Origin: Nitrosopumilus sp.
GTDB lineage: Archaea; Thermoproteota; Nitrososphaeria; Nitrososphaerales; Nitrosopumilaceae
DNA length: 64,000 nt
Direction of reading: 5' to 3'
Assembly (NCBI GenBank): GCA_965223425.1
Contig: OZ245003.1
Span: 2,336,001 to 2,400,000 of the forward strand
This document shows, piece after piece, positions 52,215 to 63,400 of the stretch. The position numbers were made by a program, and so were the translations under genes. The first letter of the stretch is position 1, and the number at the start of each line of letters is the position of its first letter. The notes beneath the pieces were generated by a model. The model did not search any database and was not told the DNA's origin. It worked only from the letters and a program-made list of their open reading frames with translations.

Positions 52215-53306
52215 TTACTTCAGTATCCTCAATAGTTTATCATCCATACCGTCCGGAAAACCTTTTCCATCAGTATTTGAGGTGATAACGTAAAGACTTC
52301 CGTCCGGACCCTGTACAACGTCACGAACACGGCCAATTCCACTGAGAATTGATTTTTGAGAGCCAAGCCCCTCCTCAAAATCCAACTGGTAAAGGTTGGC
52401 AGCCCTCATGGATGCCAAGATAAACGGAGATTCAAAGTCAAGCGTATCCCCAGAATAAAACAGGATGCCGCCAGGTTCTATGCTCGGATCGTAACAAAGG
52501 ACGGCATCCTCAAAGTCTTTGTCTCCCGAACATTGCTGCTCAGGCCAGCCGTAGTTTTTTCCCGGCCGAATCAGATTAATTTCATCATTTTTTTCTGGTC
52601 CAAACTCTGCCACAAACAAGTTGCCGTTGTTGTCCCAAGTCATTCCCTGGGGATTTCTGTGACCCATGGAATATACAGGAGAGTCCGGAAACGGATTATC
52701 ATCAGGTATGCTGCCATCATCGTTTAACCTCAAAATTTTTCCAGATAGCGAACCAAGATCCTGTGGAAGGTGGGAGGCATCAGAAACGGTTCCAGTGCCT
52801 GCATACAGTTTTTTGTCAGGTCCAAATTTTATAAAACCGCCATTAGTAAATGAGGATCCGGGAATCTTGTCAAATATTGTTATGGCATCCTGTAACTTGT
52901 TCTCAGATTCAGTTATTTGCAGAATCTTATTCCACAGACTTCCATCCTCCTCATATGTCAAAAACACGTAGACGTAATGATTGCTGGAAAAATCCGGATG
53001 CAAAGCAATCCCCAACAACCCGCCATCAAACACATCTGCAGAACGGAATGCGGCCAAAGGCGATTCTAGCAAGTTATTATCCTGAATTACCCTGATAAAA
53101 CCATCCTTTTCTGTTACAAAAATTCGATCACCAGAAACGGCAATCGCACGGGGCTTGTCAAGGTTTTCAGCTAAAACAGCTACCGAGTCGTTTTGAGAGC
53201 TTGATGCGGGCTTTGGTATCGGAAGAGGATCAGAGGGGGAAGTTAAAACAAATGCTGAGAATGCCACAGCGCCGACAATCGCAATGATTTGAATTTTTTT
53301 GTTCAC
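52215..53306 (-). CDS. PQQ-dependent sugar (glucose/sorbosone) dehydrogenase family protein
   Basis: GGLLGIALHPDF, FGPD, GKILR, GHRNPQG, NYGWP. Confidence 0.88.
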   Translation of the reverse strand: MNKKIQIIAIVGAVAFSAFVLTSPSDPLPIPKPASSSQNDSVAVLAENLDKPRAIAVSGDRIFVTEKDGFIRVIQDNNLLESPLAAFRSADVFDGGLLGIALHPDFSSNHYVYVFLTYEEDGSLWNKILQITESENKLQDAITIFDKIPGSSFTNGGFIKFGPDKKLYAGTGTVSDASHLPQDLGSLSGKILRLNDDGSIPDDNPFPDSPVYSMGHRNPQGMTWDNNGNLFVAEFGPEKNDEINLIRPGKNYGWPEQQCSGDKDFEDAVLCYDPSIEPGGILFYSGDTLDFESPFILASMRAANLYQLDFEEGLGSQKSILSGIGRVRDVVQGPDGSLYVITSNTDGKGFPDGMDDKLLRILK

Positions 53307-53358
53307 AAAAAGATAATCTTTTCAAATCCTATTAATTACTTTCAGGAATTTGATAAAG

Positions 53359-53367
53359 CGTATATAC
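53359..53367 (+). promoter_or_regulatory. TATA box of the tRNA gene
   Basis: CGTATATAC about 25 nt upstream of the tRNA 5' end, preceded by a purine-rich BRE-like GATAAAG. Confidence 0.5.
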
Positions 53368-53388
53368 GGCTGATCTTCATTTATGAAC

Positions 53389-53478
53389 AGCGGGGTGGGG
53401 AAGTCAGACTATTTAGGGCTAGGTCATCCCGGCGGGCTCATAACCCGCAAATCAGTAGTTCAAATCTACTCCCCGCTA
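53389..53478 (+). tRNA. Initiator tRNA-Met (CAT) with a ~15-nt D-loop intron
   Basis: Acceptor stem AGCGGGG/CCCCGCT with A1:U72; anticodon arm GCGGG-CTCATAA-CCCGC; T arm GTAG-TTCAAAT-CTAC; oversized D loop. Confidence 0.92.
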
Positions 53479-54807
53479 TTAGTTTCCATAAACACAAAAC
53501 CACAAAAGGGATTTATCAAACTTTGAAGCTTTGTTAGACAGTCCTAATCGCTGCAGGGGTCTAGTCAGATGTCGGTGGGCAGACACTTTTGGGATGTAGA
53601 GTTGTTCTTTGATTTGTCTTGGGATTTCAACAGAAAACTTTTTGGATGCTTTTTTTCCACATCGGATGCACTGGAATCCCTGATTCTGACCTTGGGATTT
53701 CATTTTTTTGCCGCATGTTTTGCAGGGAGGGTTGGATTTTATGATGTTTTTCTCAAGATGAAGGATATCAATAAACTCAAGGTTAATAATTCGGGGGAAT
53801 TTTTTTGATGCCTTTCTAATGCCGCCGCCAACACATATTTTATCGCCCCTTATCAGATTCGAGGCAACAGATGAGATTCCCGTTGGTTTGTAAACTGCGC
53901 ACCAAAACTCTTGATTTTTGGAAGTGATTTTAAAAAATACGTGGCCGCCTTTTGCAATCTTTGGGGTGTTGGATACGACTCCGGTTATTTTTCCAGATGC
54001 ATAAGGTCTCATGTTTTCCAAAGTCAGCTCGTTTTTCAGGTGATCTCCGGTTCCCTGGTTAGATTTGAATATCATATAGCCGTCTGGTTTTTCGTCACTT
54101 TTCAGAATCTTTGTAGCATGGACTAGCGACGCGGCATTTTCACCCCTAACACCGTAAAACACCGGATCAGGTCCATGAGGGGTAATCAAGATTCGCCCTT
54201 TTTTGGTATCAAAGCTGTTAAACGTCTCTGGGAAAGTTTTTTCCTGCATGATTCTTACGCTTTCTGCAGAGATCTTTCTTTCTTTTCCAAATTTAGCTTT
54301 TTTGCGATAACTCAACAGCTCTAACGTATGATCTTGAAAATCATATCCTATTGCCCCAATCGCGCCGACAAGCCCTTGCCCGTTTCCCTGATAGAAAAAA
54401 TCAAGATCGTTTTTTTCTGCAAACCTTTTTGCATTTTTTCTATTGATTAGTTGCCACAAAGCTAAGTTACTGAAATTTGTAAAGTCAGGTGGGATTGCAT
54501 CACTTTCAAAAAATACTAAACCGGGATTTGCGCCGTTTTCAGTATCAGAGTACCTTGAAACGAGATTTTTAATTTGGGTTTTTATCTTAGAGGGGTTTTT
54601 AGTTTTTATTCGAATTGAGACTGCGCCATTCCCGCGTGTTTTCCATGGTATGTTAGGATTAAATCGGACTAGTCTTGGAAAGTCAAGAAATTCCGTTTTC
54701 TGTTTTTTAAGCAAATCAACAATTTTGTATGCAAGGAATGTGGTGCACATTCCCTTAGGGGAATCAGTGTCGTCAAGTCCAATGTTGAGAACTGTTTTTT
54801 TGGCCAT
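53479..54807 (-). CDS. tiaS: tRNA(Ile2) agmatidine synthetase
   Basis: IGLDDTDS..GMCTT, NPNIPWKTRGNG, PHGPDPVFYGVRG, NQGT, OB fold, Zn ribbon and RHLTRP. Confidence 0.95.
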   Translation of the reverse strand: MAKKTVLNIGLDDTDSPKGMCTTFLAYKIVDLLKKQKTEFLDFPRLVRFNPNIPWKTRGNGAVSIRIKTKNPSKIKTQIKNLVSRYSDTENGANPGLVFFESDAIPPDFTNFSNLALWQLINRKNAKRFAEKNDLDFFYQGNGQGLVGAIGAIGYDFQDHTLELLSYRKKAKFGKERKISAESVRIMQEKTFPETFNSFDTKKGRILITPHGPDPVFYGVRGENAASLVHATKILKSDEKPDGYMIFKSNQGTGDHLKNELTLENMRPYASGKITGVVSNTPKIAKGGHVFFKITSKNQEFWCAVYKPTGISSVASNLIRGDKICVGGGIRKASKKFPRIINLEFIDILHLEKNIIKSNPPCKTCGKKMKSQGQNQGFQCIRCGKKASKKFSVEIPRQIKEQLYIPKVSAHRHLTRPLQRLGLSNKASKFDKSLLWFCVYGN

Positions 54808-55012
54808 AAATTACTGAAGCAGCTCAGGCATTTTTAGTTGTTGGAGAGTACTACGCTGTTCCAAACTCGGGCATTTAACCGTGCTGTTCAATTCGGGACA
54901 TGGAATAGATTTGGGCAATGGTTTTAGCAGAGTTTGAAGCACATTTTACTTATCTGGATTTCATCACGCATAATTATTTTGTAATAACTTGATTCAGATG
55001 CAGCTACAGATG

Positions 55013-55321
55013 TCACTGCATGTCCTGATCCTGGACGACATGATCGATTAGAGCGCTGATGTAGGATGAACTCCAATAAGAATAGTACCGCTTGTTTGTG
55101 TTGACGTACCGCTCGGTGCGGATATCGTCCTTCATGATGTCCCACATTCCTTGGAATTGCTCCATTGGGATCTCCCTGACTATTTCAGTACTGGGCATGA
55201 CTGCCACAGTAGTACTGTCATTCATTGAGGCCTCGAACTCTATTTTTCTTGTTAGGGTCGTAAACTTCCTGCCATATCTTATCTCTGTGGACAGTTTCTG
55301 CCAGAACTGCTGAAACTTCAT
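55013..55321 (-). CDS. Hypothetical protein
   Basis: Clean ATG-started ORF with protein-like composition. Confidence 0.6.
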   Translation of the reverse strand: MKFQQFWQKLSTEIRYGRKFTTLTRKIEFEASMNDSTTVAVMPSTEIVREIPMEQFQGMWDIMKDDIRTERYVNTNKRYYSYWSSSYISALIDHVVQDQDMQ

Positions 55322-55900
55322 GAATGTGTGAGAATTCTGGAATATTTTTGTCTTGCTGATAACTGGGAAGTTTATGGTTGGTCACGATCAAAAGTTCTTG
55401 AGGATAATCGATTTTCTGTACATGTACCTCATAATGTCAATTCTTGATCTTGGAATTGATAGATACATGGATTTGATAAGGCATGCTGGAACAAAACCAA
55501 ACTTTGCAAGCAATCTTGGCAAGAGAATCAACAAAGTAACCCAGCAGAATCAATACTCATCTTGTATAGGCCATAGAACTTCCCTCTATAGACCATGAAA
55601 GGTGATCTAACACATGTTTGTAGACAAGGTCGACAGATATCTCCAAAGGTTGGATCCTTTATCTACGCCTGATATAGGCAAAGTAGGCACAGGATTATGA
55701 GTTTTTTCCAAGAGATATCTCTTGAATAACGGTAGCCTCTCAAACATATCTGTCTCTTTTTGTGTCATAATGTGTATGAATGCAGGCGATCAATAATCTT
55801 TTCGACATGAATTGCATTTCTTTTTTCTTCGAAGTACAGATAACGCGTTAAGAGATTATAGATAATTTGTAAGGTATGAAGATAACAAAATCAAATTAAT

Positions 55901-57661
55901 CTAACTTGGAATGACTCCGCCTGATTTTTTGATTGCATTTTCGAAGGCCTCCCAAATTTTTGATGTCTTTACTTTTTGTAAACCATCTTGTTGTTTTAAC
56001 AAATCCTTCATGAAAGAATATGCATTTTCTTTCAGTTTTTCTGAACATTTCCAACCTAATTTTTTATACTCATCTTCTAGATCCACGGGTAGTTTAGTTA
56101 CATTATCCATATTTTCATGGTATTCGTTATCCACCATCGCAATAAATGGGATATCAAAGGCATTATGAAGTTCAATATTAGGATAGACATTAGCCACACC
56201 CCACATCTGCATCACAAAAATATTATATTTTTTAAACAAGCCGCCAAAATGATCTGAAATTGCCTCTAAGGCAAATTTATCACCTGCTCCTTCTCCAATT
56301 AAAGTACAATTACTGAAAAATACTTCAGGATTAAATAAATGAGATTTTAATGTGATTTGGAAGTCAGTTGGAAGAGATTTTACATTACTTTCTCCATTGA
56401 CTCTATTAAGATAGATTAATGAGGAAGAATCTGGCTTTGCAAGTAATTCATAAGATGCAAATTTTGGCGAATGTGAGATGATAATTATTTGATTGTTTTT
56501 TGATACAGCAAGCTCAGATAGTTTCTGAGATAAATGATTGATTTTGATTGGATGAAAATGAATTTCTGGCTCGTCAATCACTAAAATTTGATTTGGTTTA
56601 GCCAGAATAGTGTATAAGATATGAATTAATGCATAATGTCCTGAAGCTGATTCTTGCAAATTAAATTCTTTGTCTTTTTCACTTAATCTAATTTGTAATG
56701 AACTGTTTCCATGTTCATCAGAAACCTCATCTACACGTACCGCTATGCCATTAAAAATATTTGAAAATTCTTTCTTCAGTGTTTCGTAAGTTGGCTCATG
56801 TTGACTTTTCATATTGAATAATTGCTTTGTTAATTTATCATATGTTGGATGAATTTCTTCAATAAACGTTAGATTGTTATCAATAATTTTATGTAATAAC
56901 TGATCTAATTGTACTCTAACATTTGTATTCTTTCTTATTTGCATATATTCTAGAATGTCAGATGCAGTTTGAGTTGGATTTTGATTGCTATACATGATTT
57001 CTAATTTAACTTGTGTCCACCATTTAGTATCACTAGTCATCAAAACAGATGAAGGAGGAGAGCCATTTGTTAAAGCATCTAATAATGTACCTTGTGTACC
57101 AATACTATCATCTTCACGCATTGTGTATGATTTTGCAATTCTTTCTGGGATGGAATTCATTTTTAAGGATTGTATGTTAGTGAGTAACTCATCAATAGTG
57201 CCTGAAGAATTACTAGCGGAAATATAATCAAAAACAACTTGACGTCCATCTTTCTCAACAATTGTGAGACCATTCTCAAAATAATACATTAAGAAATTCG
57301 GATGGGCTGTATCACTTATTGTGTTATTCCAATTTACTATAACATTAAGATTTTTTAGAGCATTAGGAAAAGTATCTTTATCTATTTTAGAACCAAACAT
57401 TGTTTGTAGAACTAATTTTGCTTCGTTATCTGTGAATTGTAATTGTAATAAGATTCGAGAGTTGCCAGTTTGATCAAATTTTTTATTTCTATCTAATGGG
57501 AGTAAATTTAAGTTGCTATTTTTACATATGAATTGTAATATTCTTATCAAATTAGTTTTTCCAGAGTTATTTGCACCCACAACCACATTGTATTTATTAA
57601 AATAAAAATCAGAATTTTTGAATGACAAAATATTTTGAATGTTTACTCGTTTTAGATGCAT
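55901..57661 (-). CDS. OLD-family ATP-dependent nuclease (ABC ATPase + TOPRIM)
   Basis: GANNSGKT Walker A, SASG signature, IDEPEIHFHP, SHS, then GEGAGD and MVDNE TOPRIM-like motifs; likely start MHLKRV at 57661. Confidence 0.85.
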   Translation of the reverse strand: MHLKRVNIQNILSFKNSDFYFNKYNVVVGANNSGKTNLIRILQFICKNSNLNLLPLDRNKKFDQTGNSRILLQLQFTDNEAKLVLQTMFGSKIDKDTFPNALKNLNVIVNWNNTISDTAHPNFLMYYFENGLTIVEKDGRQVVFDYISASNSSGTIDELLTNIQSLKMNSIPERIAKSYTMREDDSIGTQGTLLDALTNGSPPSSVLMTSDTKWWTQVKLEIMYSNQNPTQTASDILEYMQIRKNTNVRVQLDQLLHKIIDNNLTFIEEIHPTYDKLTKQLFNMKSQHEPTYETLKKEFSNIFNGIAVRVDEVSDEHGNSSLQIRLSEKDKEFNLQESASGHYALIHILYTILAKPNQILVIDEPEIHFHPIKINHLSQKLSELAVSKNNQIIIISHSPKFASYELLAKPDSSSLIYLNRVNGESNVKSLPTDFQITLKSHLFNPEVFFSNCTLIGEGAGDKFALEAISDHFGGLFKKYNIFVMQMWGVANVYPNIELHNAFDIPFIAMVDNEYHENMDNVTKLPVDLEDEYKKLGWKCSEKLKENAYSFMKDLLKQQDGLQKVKTSKIWEAFENAIKKSGGVIPS

Positions 57662-57858
57662 CCTATGATTGTAATAATTCATAATATAAGATCTTGGATC
57701 CGTACAACATGGAACAGTACGAAAGGATGATAGAGCAGACAATCAAGGCTATGTCTGGTTACATTTTGGATTAGCGTCCAAGAGCACTTTGTTTGAGCAT
57801 AGCCAACAGACTAACTCACAGTATGTGGCGGCATATGCCCTATTCTTTTTTCTAAAAT

Positions 57859-58302
57859 TTAGATCATCTTGATTTTTTTCAAAGCCTCGGTTAAACTTAC
57901 TAACATTTCTTCCATTCTACTGCGTGAGAAGGTCAGGCAAGTAGCACGCATTTGTATGTTGGAGGGAATTTCAACCATCTCTTCTGCAATAATTACTACG
58001 GGCTTGTTAGTTGCCTGACCAATTTCATCGATCACGTTTTGGCTTGGATAAAAAATCTCTTTTTCATTTTTAGATGACTTGATGTCTTTTGTAAGTATGG
58101 CTAGCAATGCATTTGATTCGGTAATCAGATCACTTACTTGAGTACTGGGAGATAAATCCGCCCTTCCTGTTTCTTTAGCAGAAAGAACGGTAAATCCCAA
58201 GGCCTTAAGCAATCTGCTTACTAGATCATAGAGACTATTATTTTTCTCCTGCATGGCAAAACTGATGAATATTGTAATGCCTTCTAAAGAGAAAGGCGGC
58301 AT
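57859..58302 (-). CDS. TIR-like / nucleotide-binding domain protein
   Basis: IFISFA, ESNALLAILT and SQNVIDEIGQA (catalytic-Glu helix) fit the TIR/NDT flavodoxin fold. Confidence 0.65.
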   Translation of the reverse strand: MPPFSLEGITIFISFAMQEKNNSLYDLVSRLLKALGFTVLSAKETGRADLSPSTQVSDLITESNALLAILTKDIKSSKNEKEIFYPSQNVIDEIGQATNKPVVIIAEEMVEIPSNIQMRATCLTFSRSRMEEMLVSLTEALKKIKMI

Positions 58303-58385
58303 TTCCTAGTTAAAGTGAATAAACAATTGAATCACTTGAAGAATCGATAAAACTTGTGCATTTGGAATTCATTACAATATCAAAT

Positions 58386-58840
58386 ATATTCAAACTATGT
58401 CGCCTAACTCCCTCTCATTTTTGGAGTGCAAAAATGAAACAGAGTTTACGATACTAAAAAAACTGTACAGATATCCGTTGCTGGGGGTTGTTGCCAAATT
58501 CCCGCCTACATAGTCCTTATCCAATATTCGACCCTTATTCGCGCCTGTAGAAAAGCCACATATCACACAAATCCAACAGCAAGATACAATTCGGCAACAA
58601 CCCCCCGTTGCTGTGCTCTAAAGAATGGGATTTTCATGCTGCACGTGAATTTGATATGACCAATAATTCCAACCTATTTCATACCACCAAGGTTGGATAT
58701 CCTCTTTATGAAGGGAAGATGATCTATCAATTTGAACATAATTATCTAGAACCGAGATATTGGATTGACGAAGAAGAGGGCCGCGCAGTTTTAGAATCAA
58801 AAGAACTCAGTAGAATGAAAAAAATAAACAAGGATCATAA
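58386..58840 (+). repeat. Left inverted repeat (~325 bp plus 130-bp insertion)
   Basis: Reverse complement of 61032-61356, with about 3 mismatches apart from the MITE and its TSD. Confidence 0.95.
58484..58604. mobile_element. 121-bp MITE (IS5-type ends)
   Basis: TIRs GGGGTTGTTGCCAAATT / AATTCGGCAACAACCCC; 9-bp TSD CCGTTGCTG at 58475-58483 and 58605-58613; the empty site is visible in the repeat copy near 61260. Confidence 0.95.
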
Positions 58841-59417
58841 GACATCACCAAAATTAGATCTGTCATATTACAGATTAGCTTGGAGGGATATTTCAAATGC
58901 TATTGATAGACGTACATTAATTTGTACTATTATGCCTCCACATGTATTTTTAGGTAACACATTATCATACATTCGCCCCATAGAGTTTGATGGTAAAAAA
59001 TATGTTTGTTCATTATCTTATAAAGAAATAATTTTTTTATGTGGTCTCTTCAACTCATTTCCAATTGATTTTATTTTGCGTCATCGAATAAATTTACACG
59101 TAAGTATTTTTTATTTAATGGAATTATCTATTCCAAAATTTGATGAAAATAATTTATTACATCAAAAAATTCTAGAAAATACAGCTAAATTAATTTGCAC
59201 TACTGATGAATTTGAAGAATTATCAACACAAATTGGAATCAGTGGGGGTGTACATGATGCAAAAAAACGTTTGAAACTCATATCTCAGATTAATGCATAC
59301 GTGTCTAAAATATATCATCTAAATCAAGAGGATTTGAAATTTATTTTAGAGTATTTCAGAGTAGAAGATGAAAATCTAAAAAAATCAACTTTAGAAGAAT
59401 TTGTGAAATTGGAATGA
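58608..59417 (+). other. Silent alternative C-terminal target-recognition cassette of the Type IIG-like MTase
   Basis: The first ~75 aa are essentially identical to the MTase; the remainder is a diverged homolog of its C-terminus; no catalytic domains. Confidence 0.88.
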
Positions 59418-59445
59418 GTCAGATATTAGTTAGTAATATGAATCA

Positions 59446-60366
59446 TCATATTTTAAGATCATTTATTCCTTTTATGAATTCTGCAAATAATTCATCAAGC
59501 GTAGGTACGAAATATACACCGTCAAGTCCATTCTTATGGCCCATGAGTTTTTCTACAACATTATAATTTATTGAATTATTTAGTTTTAGTAACGTATTGA
59601 ATCTTTTTCTAAATCCATGATGCATTTGAATGTCATATCTGTTTCCTTCTAAATTCCGGATTATCGAAGATTTCTTTATTAAATTAAACATTACATTTTT
59701 TACAGAATTGGAATTCATCTGATTTTTTATGTCATATGAGATAAAAAGTGGAGATTCCTTCGTCATGAGTTCTCCTCTCCTTACTCTGTATCTGTGATAA
59801 TCATTTAAGAGTTTTACAGCTTGTGGTGTAAGAAATGACCAGTATTCATCCATATGATCTGCGTATAGTTTTATTGCCATGCACCCATACTTCATTTTTT
59901 TAGTATGTTTTAATTGTAAACTGTGATCAAATATTCCCACTCTTGCGCCAGTGGATGCAAGAAAATGTACTAATGCTTTCGTTCTCACACTTCTAACACA
60001 TTTGAGCATATTTTGTATATCTCTAGTTGTCCATGGTTTATGTCCCGTTCTTTTTTGTTTTTGAGGAAATAATTTATGAATAATATCCCAGTTGATATTC
60101 TTTCTGTTCATTATACAAAAATGTCTTAATCCTGTAAATCTCACAGGAATTGAATTTGGGTTTATTGTGTGTTTTAATTCAATCAAATAATCTTCTAACA
60201 TTTGCTGTAATTTTACTGAAGAAATAGCTGTAAGTTGATGGACAAATTCAATATTTATGAATTGCATGAATCGTTTTAAGTTTGTAATGTAAAGATCTTT
60301 TGTGTATTCAGATTTTATAGATTCCTCAAATAGAATCATCGATCTTTGTAAAGATGTTATAGCCAA
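59446..60366 (-). CDS. Tyrosine recombinase/integrase
   Basis: Catalytic residues TGARVG (R), HGFRKRF (HxxR), KLMGH (H) and DGVYF (Y). Confidence 0.92.
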   Translation of the reverse strand: MAITSLQRSMILFEESIKSEYTKDLYITNLKRFMQFINIEFVHQLTAISSVKLQQMLEDYLIELKHTINPNSIPVRFTGLRHFCIMNRKNINWDIIHKLFPQKQKRTGHKPWTTRDIQNMLKCVRSVRTKALVHFLASTGARVGIFDHSLQLKHTKKMKYGCMAIKLYADHMDEYWSFLTPQAVKLLNDYHRYRVRRGELMTKESPLFISYDIKNQMNSNSVKNVMFNLIKKSSIIRNLEGNRYDIQMHHGFRKRFNTLLKLNNSINYNVVEKLMGHKNGLDGVYFVPTLDELFAEFIKGINDLKI

Positions 60367-60442
60367 TTTTACTTCATGTTAAATTATTTTCTAACTATAA
60401 GAAACAATTAGTTTGAGTCAAAAAACATAGAACCAATTTTTC

Positions 60443-63400
60443 TTAGACTATCTTTTTATTACTCTGACTAAATTCGTTTAATGATAGTTTTTTTAACTGC
60501 TTATTAGCAATAGGAAAATTTTTTAAAATTAATTTCAAATCATCATGATCTAAATTATATATTTTAGCTACACATGCGTTAATTTGAGATTCTAAAGCAA
60601 AACGTTTAGCACTTTGAGTTTCATAATCAGAAATACCTAATGAATTGCGTAATTTGGAGAATTCATCCGTAGTGCAGATTAATTTAACTGTATTTTCAAA
60701 AACTCTATTATGTAATTTATTTGATTTATCAAATTTTGGAATAGGTAATTCCATTAAATAAAAAATATTAAGATTAGTGGCTACCTTATGACGTAAAATA
60801 AAATCAATTACAAAGGAATTAAAAATACCACATAAAAAGATAGTTTCATTTAGAGAAATTGAACGGACATGTTTTTTGCCGTTAAAGATTAAAGGAGAGA
60901 GATAATTTAACGAGTTCCCTAAAAATAAATTATACGGTAAAATTGTACTAATTAGAGTTCTTTCATTAGTTGAATTAGTTATGGATCGCCATACCAGTCT
61001 ATATTCATCACAATCAATTCTAGAGTCAGCATTATGATCTTTATTTATTTTTTTCATTCTACTGAGTTCTTTTGATTCTAAAACTGCGCGGCCCTCTTCT
61101 TCGTCAATCCAATATCTCGGTTCTAGATAATTATGTTCAAATTGATAGATCATCTTCCCTTCATAAAGAGGATATCCAACCTTGGTGGTATGAAATAGGT
61201 TGGAATTATTGGTCATATCAAATTCACGTGCAGCATGAAAATCCCATTCTTTAGAGCCCAGCAACGGATATCTGTACAGTTTTTTTAGTATCGTAAACTC
61301 TGTTTCATTTTTGCACTCCAAAAATGAGAGGGAGTTAGGCGACATAGTTTGAATATGTTTTAGATCATAATCATATGCAATTTTTTTATGATTTTGAAGT
61401 ATTGATGCATCTTCAAGATAAAAGCTGGCAAGAAATTTTTTTGTTGTATTACCTTTAGTGAATATAATTAAACAGAATTTGAATTGTCGATGAATTCCTT
61501 CAAAAATCCCTTTTTTATTGATAAATGAGTATAATGAGTTAATTTTAGTTTTCTCAATAAGCATTTCTCTTAATCCTTTGGAACCTAAATCTGAATAAAT
61601 TCCAGATGGAACTACAAATCCGCATAATCCATTTTTACCTAATTGAGCATATGATCTCTCTGTGAATAATTTATACAAATTTAGATCACTGGATTGTTTT
61701 TTGCCGTTAACTATTGATGACTGATAATAATATGAACCACTGTTAAAATATTTCATTTGTTTTTCATAATATCTGTTATACAAATCATAATCGACTTTGA
61801 TTTTTTTATCTTTCAAGCACTCTTTAACAAATTTATTTTTTTTATTTTTAGTTAACATACTAAACTTTTGTTCAGTATTTTTTAAATTATAAAAAGGAGA
61901 AAAGAATTCATCAACGTCTGGTTTTACTATCTGCCATGGTGGATTTCCAACAACCCCGTCAAACCCAGAATTCTTCCTCCGCTTCCCGTCATCATCATAA
62001 AAGATATCTGGAAACTCCAAGTCCCAATGAAAAAACGAATGTTCCTGTGACACCTTCTTGACCTGCTGCCATCTCTCGTCTGAATAAAAGTCAAGGCCGT
62101 TCTCGCCGATTTTGGCCACATAATCGCCTATCGGAGGCACATCGACACCAAACGATTTTGCCAGCTTTGCATCAAGCATGAATTTCAGATCATAGTATGT
62201 GGTTCCCTTTTGCTGCATATTCTCATATTTTACAACCTTTGTTTTTACCGCAGATGGTGTATCGTCTTCTAGCTGTTCAAGCATGATAAAGTCCTTTACA
62301 ATCTTCTTAAAACGACCCCTGCCCTTTGTGGATTCTATGAGGGTAGTCTGTTTTTCCAATATGTCGTCAATGCTAGCTCCAATCAACGAGTTTCCTGTTT
62401 TTAGATGGGCGTTCAAAAAAGATAGCGGCCTTTCAGAAGACAATGTTTCTAGCCACAAGGACACCTGTGCTAGATCCACTGCAAGTGGGTTGAGATCCAC
62501 ACCATAGATACACCGCCTGACAACATCCCTTTTTCTCTCTACAAACGCATGTTCGGAAATTTCATCTTCGTACTCTATATGGCAGATCCTTCTTGCAATA
62601 TAGTTTGTAGCTCCAACCAGAAAGTGACCTGATCCCATGGCAGGATCCAGTATGTTCAGTGCCAGTATGTCATCTACTTGCTGGCTTTTGTCCGGTGTTT
62701 TTTTAACAATGTCATCAATTAACGGTCCTATAGTGTTTTTCACGATATAATCAACAATATACTGCGGAGTGTAATAACTTCCTGTGGATTTTCTCTCCTT
62801 TGGGTTTGGGAGATCTGAAACCTTACCATCTTTTATTGTGAGGTGAAACTCCAGCAGATGCTCATAGATTGCGCCGAGATGGCGGGTCTCAAGTGCGGCA
62901 TAGTCCAAAAAGAAATAGTTGTCCTTTTTGTCACGCGTTCTGGTCAGCAGGCCTATTGCCTCAAGAAGATTCTTGTTTGGAATCTTCCATTTTTCAAGTT
63001 CGTGGTGTATTTTTCTGTCAAACAGTCTGCCATAATATGAACGCATGAAAAATTCCTCATGCTTGTAATCAAGATCCTCACTTCCAACTTCTATCAACCG
63101 AAACAACTTTCTCAGCCGTTCCTGAACCTGATACTGGCCAATCTTTTTCTTTTTCTTTTGGTCGTTTTTTAAAATCCATTCCTGCTTTATCCACTTTAAG
63201 CTAAAATTGTCATGATAGAACTTTTCATCAGGAAATATCGACCTGTCTTCCGCATAAAGGACAAACATGATCCTGTACAGCAAGATGAATGTGGGTTCTC
63301 TGATCTCTTCTAACGTATGCTCATCCAAAGTCAGTTTATTTGACTCGTCCAAAATTATTCCCTCTGATAATATCTTTAATGCCTCAAAGACATTTACCGT

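Noticed and set aside
53389-60366. Integrase as part of a tRNA-integrated element
   Set aside because: No duplicate of the tRNA 3' end was found, tiaS lies between them, and the recombinase sits inside the inverted repeats instead.
58386-61356. Diversity-generating retroelement template/variable repeat pair
   Set aside because: The repeats are inverted and nearly identical, show no adenine-specific variation, and no reverse transcriptase is present.
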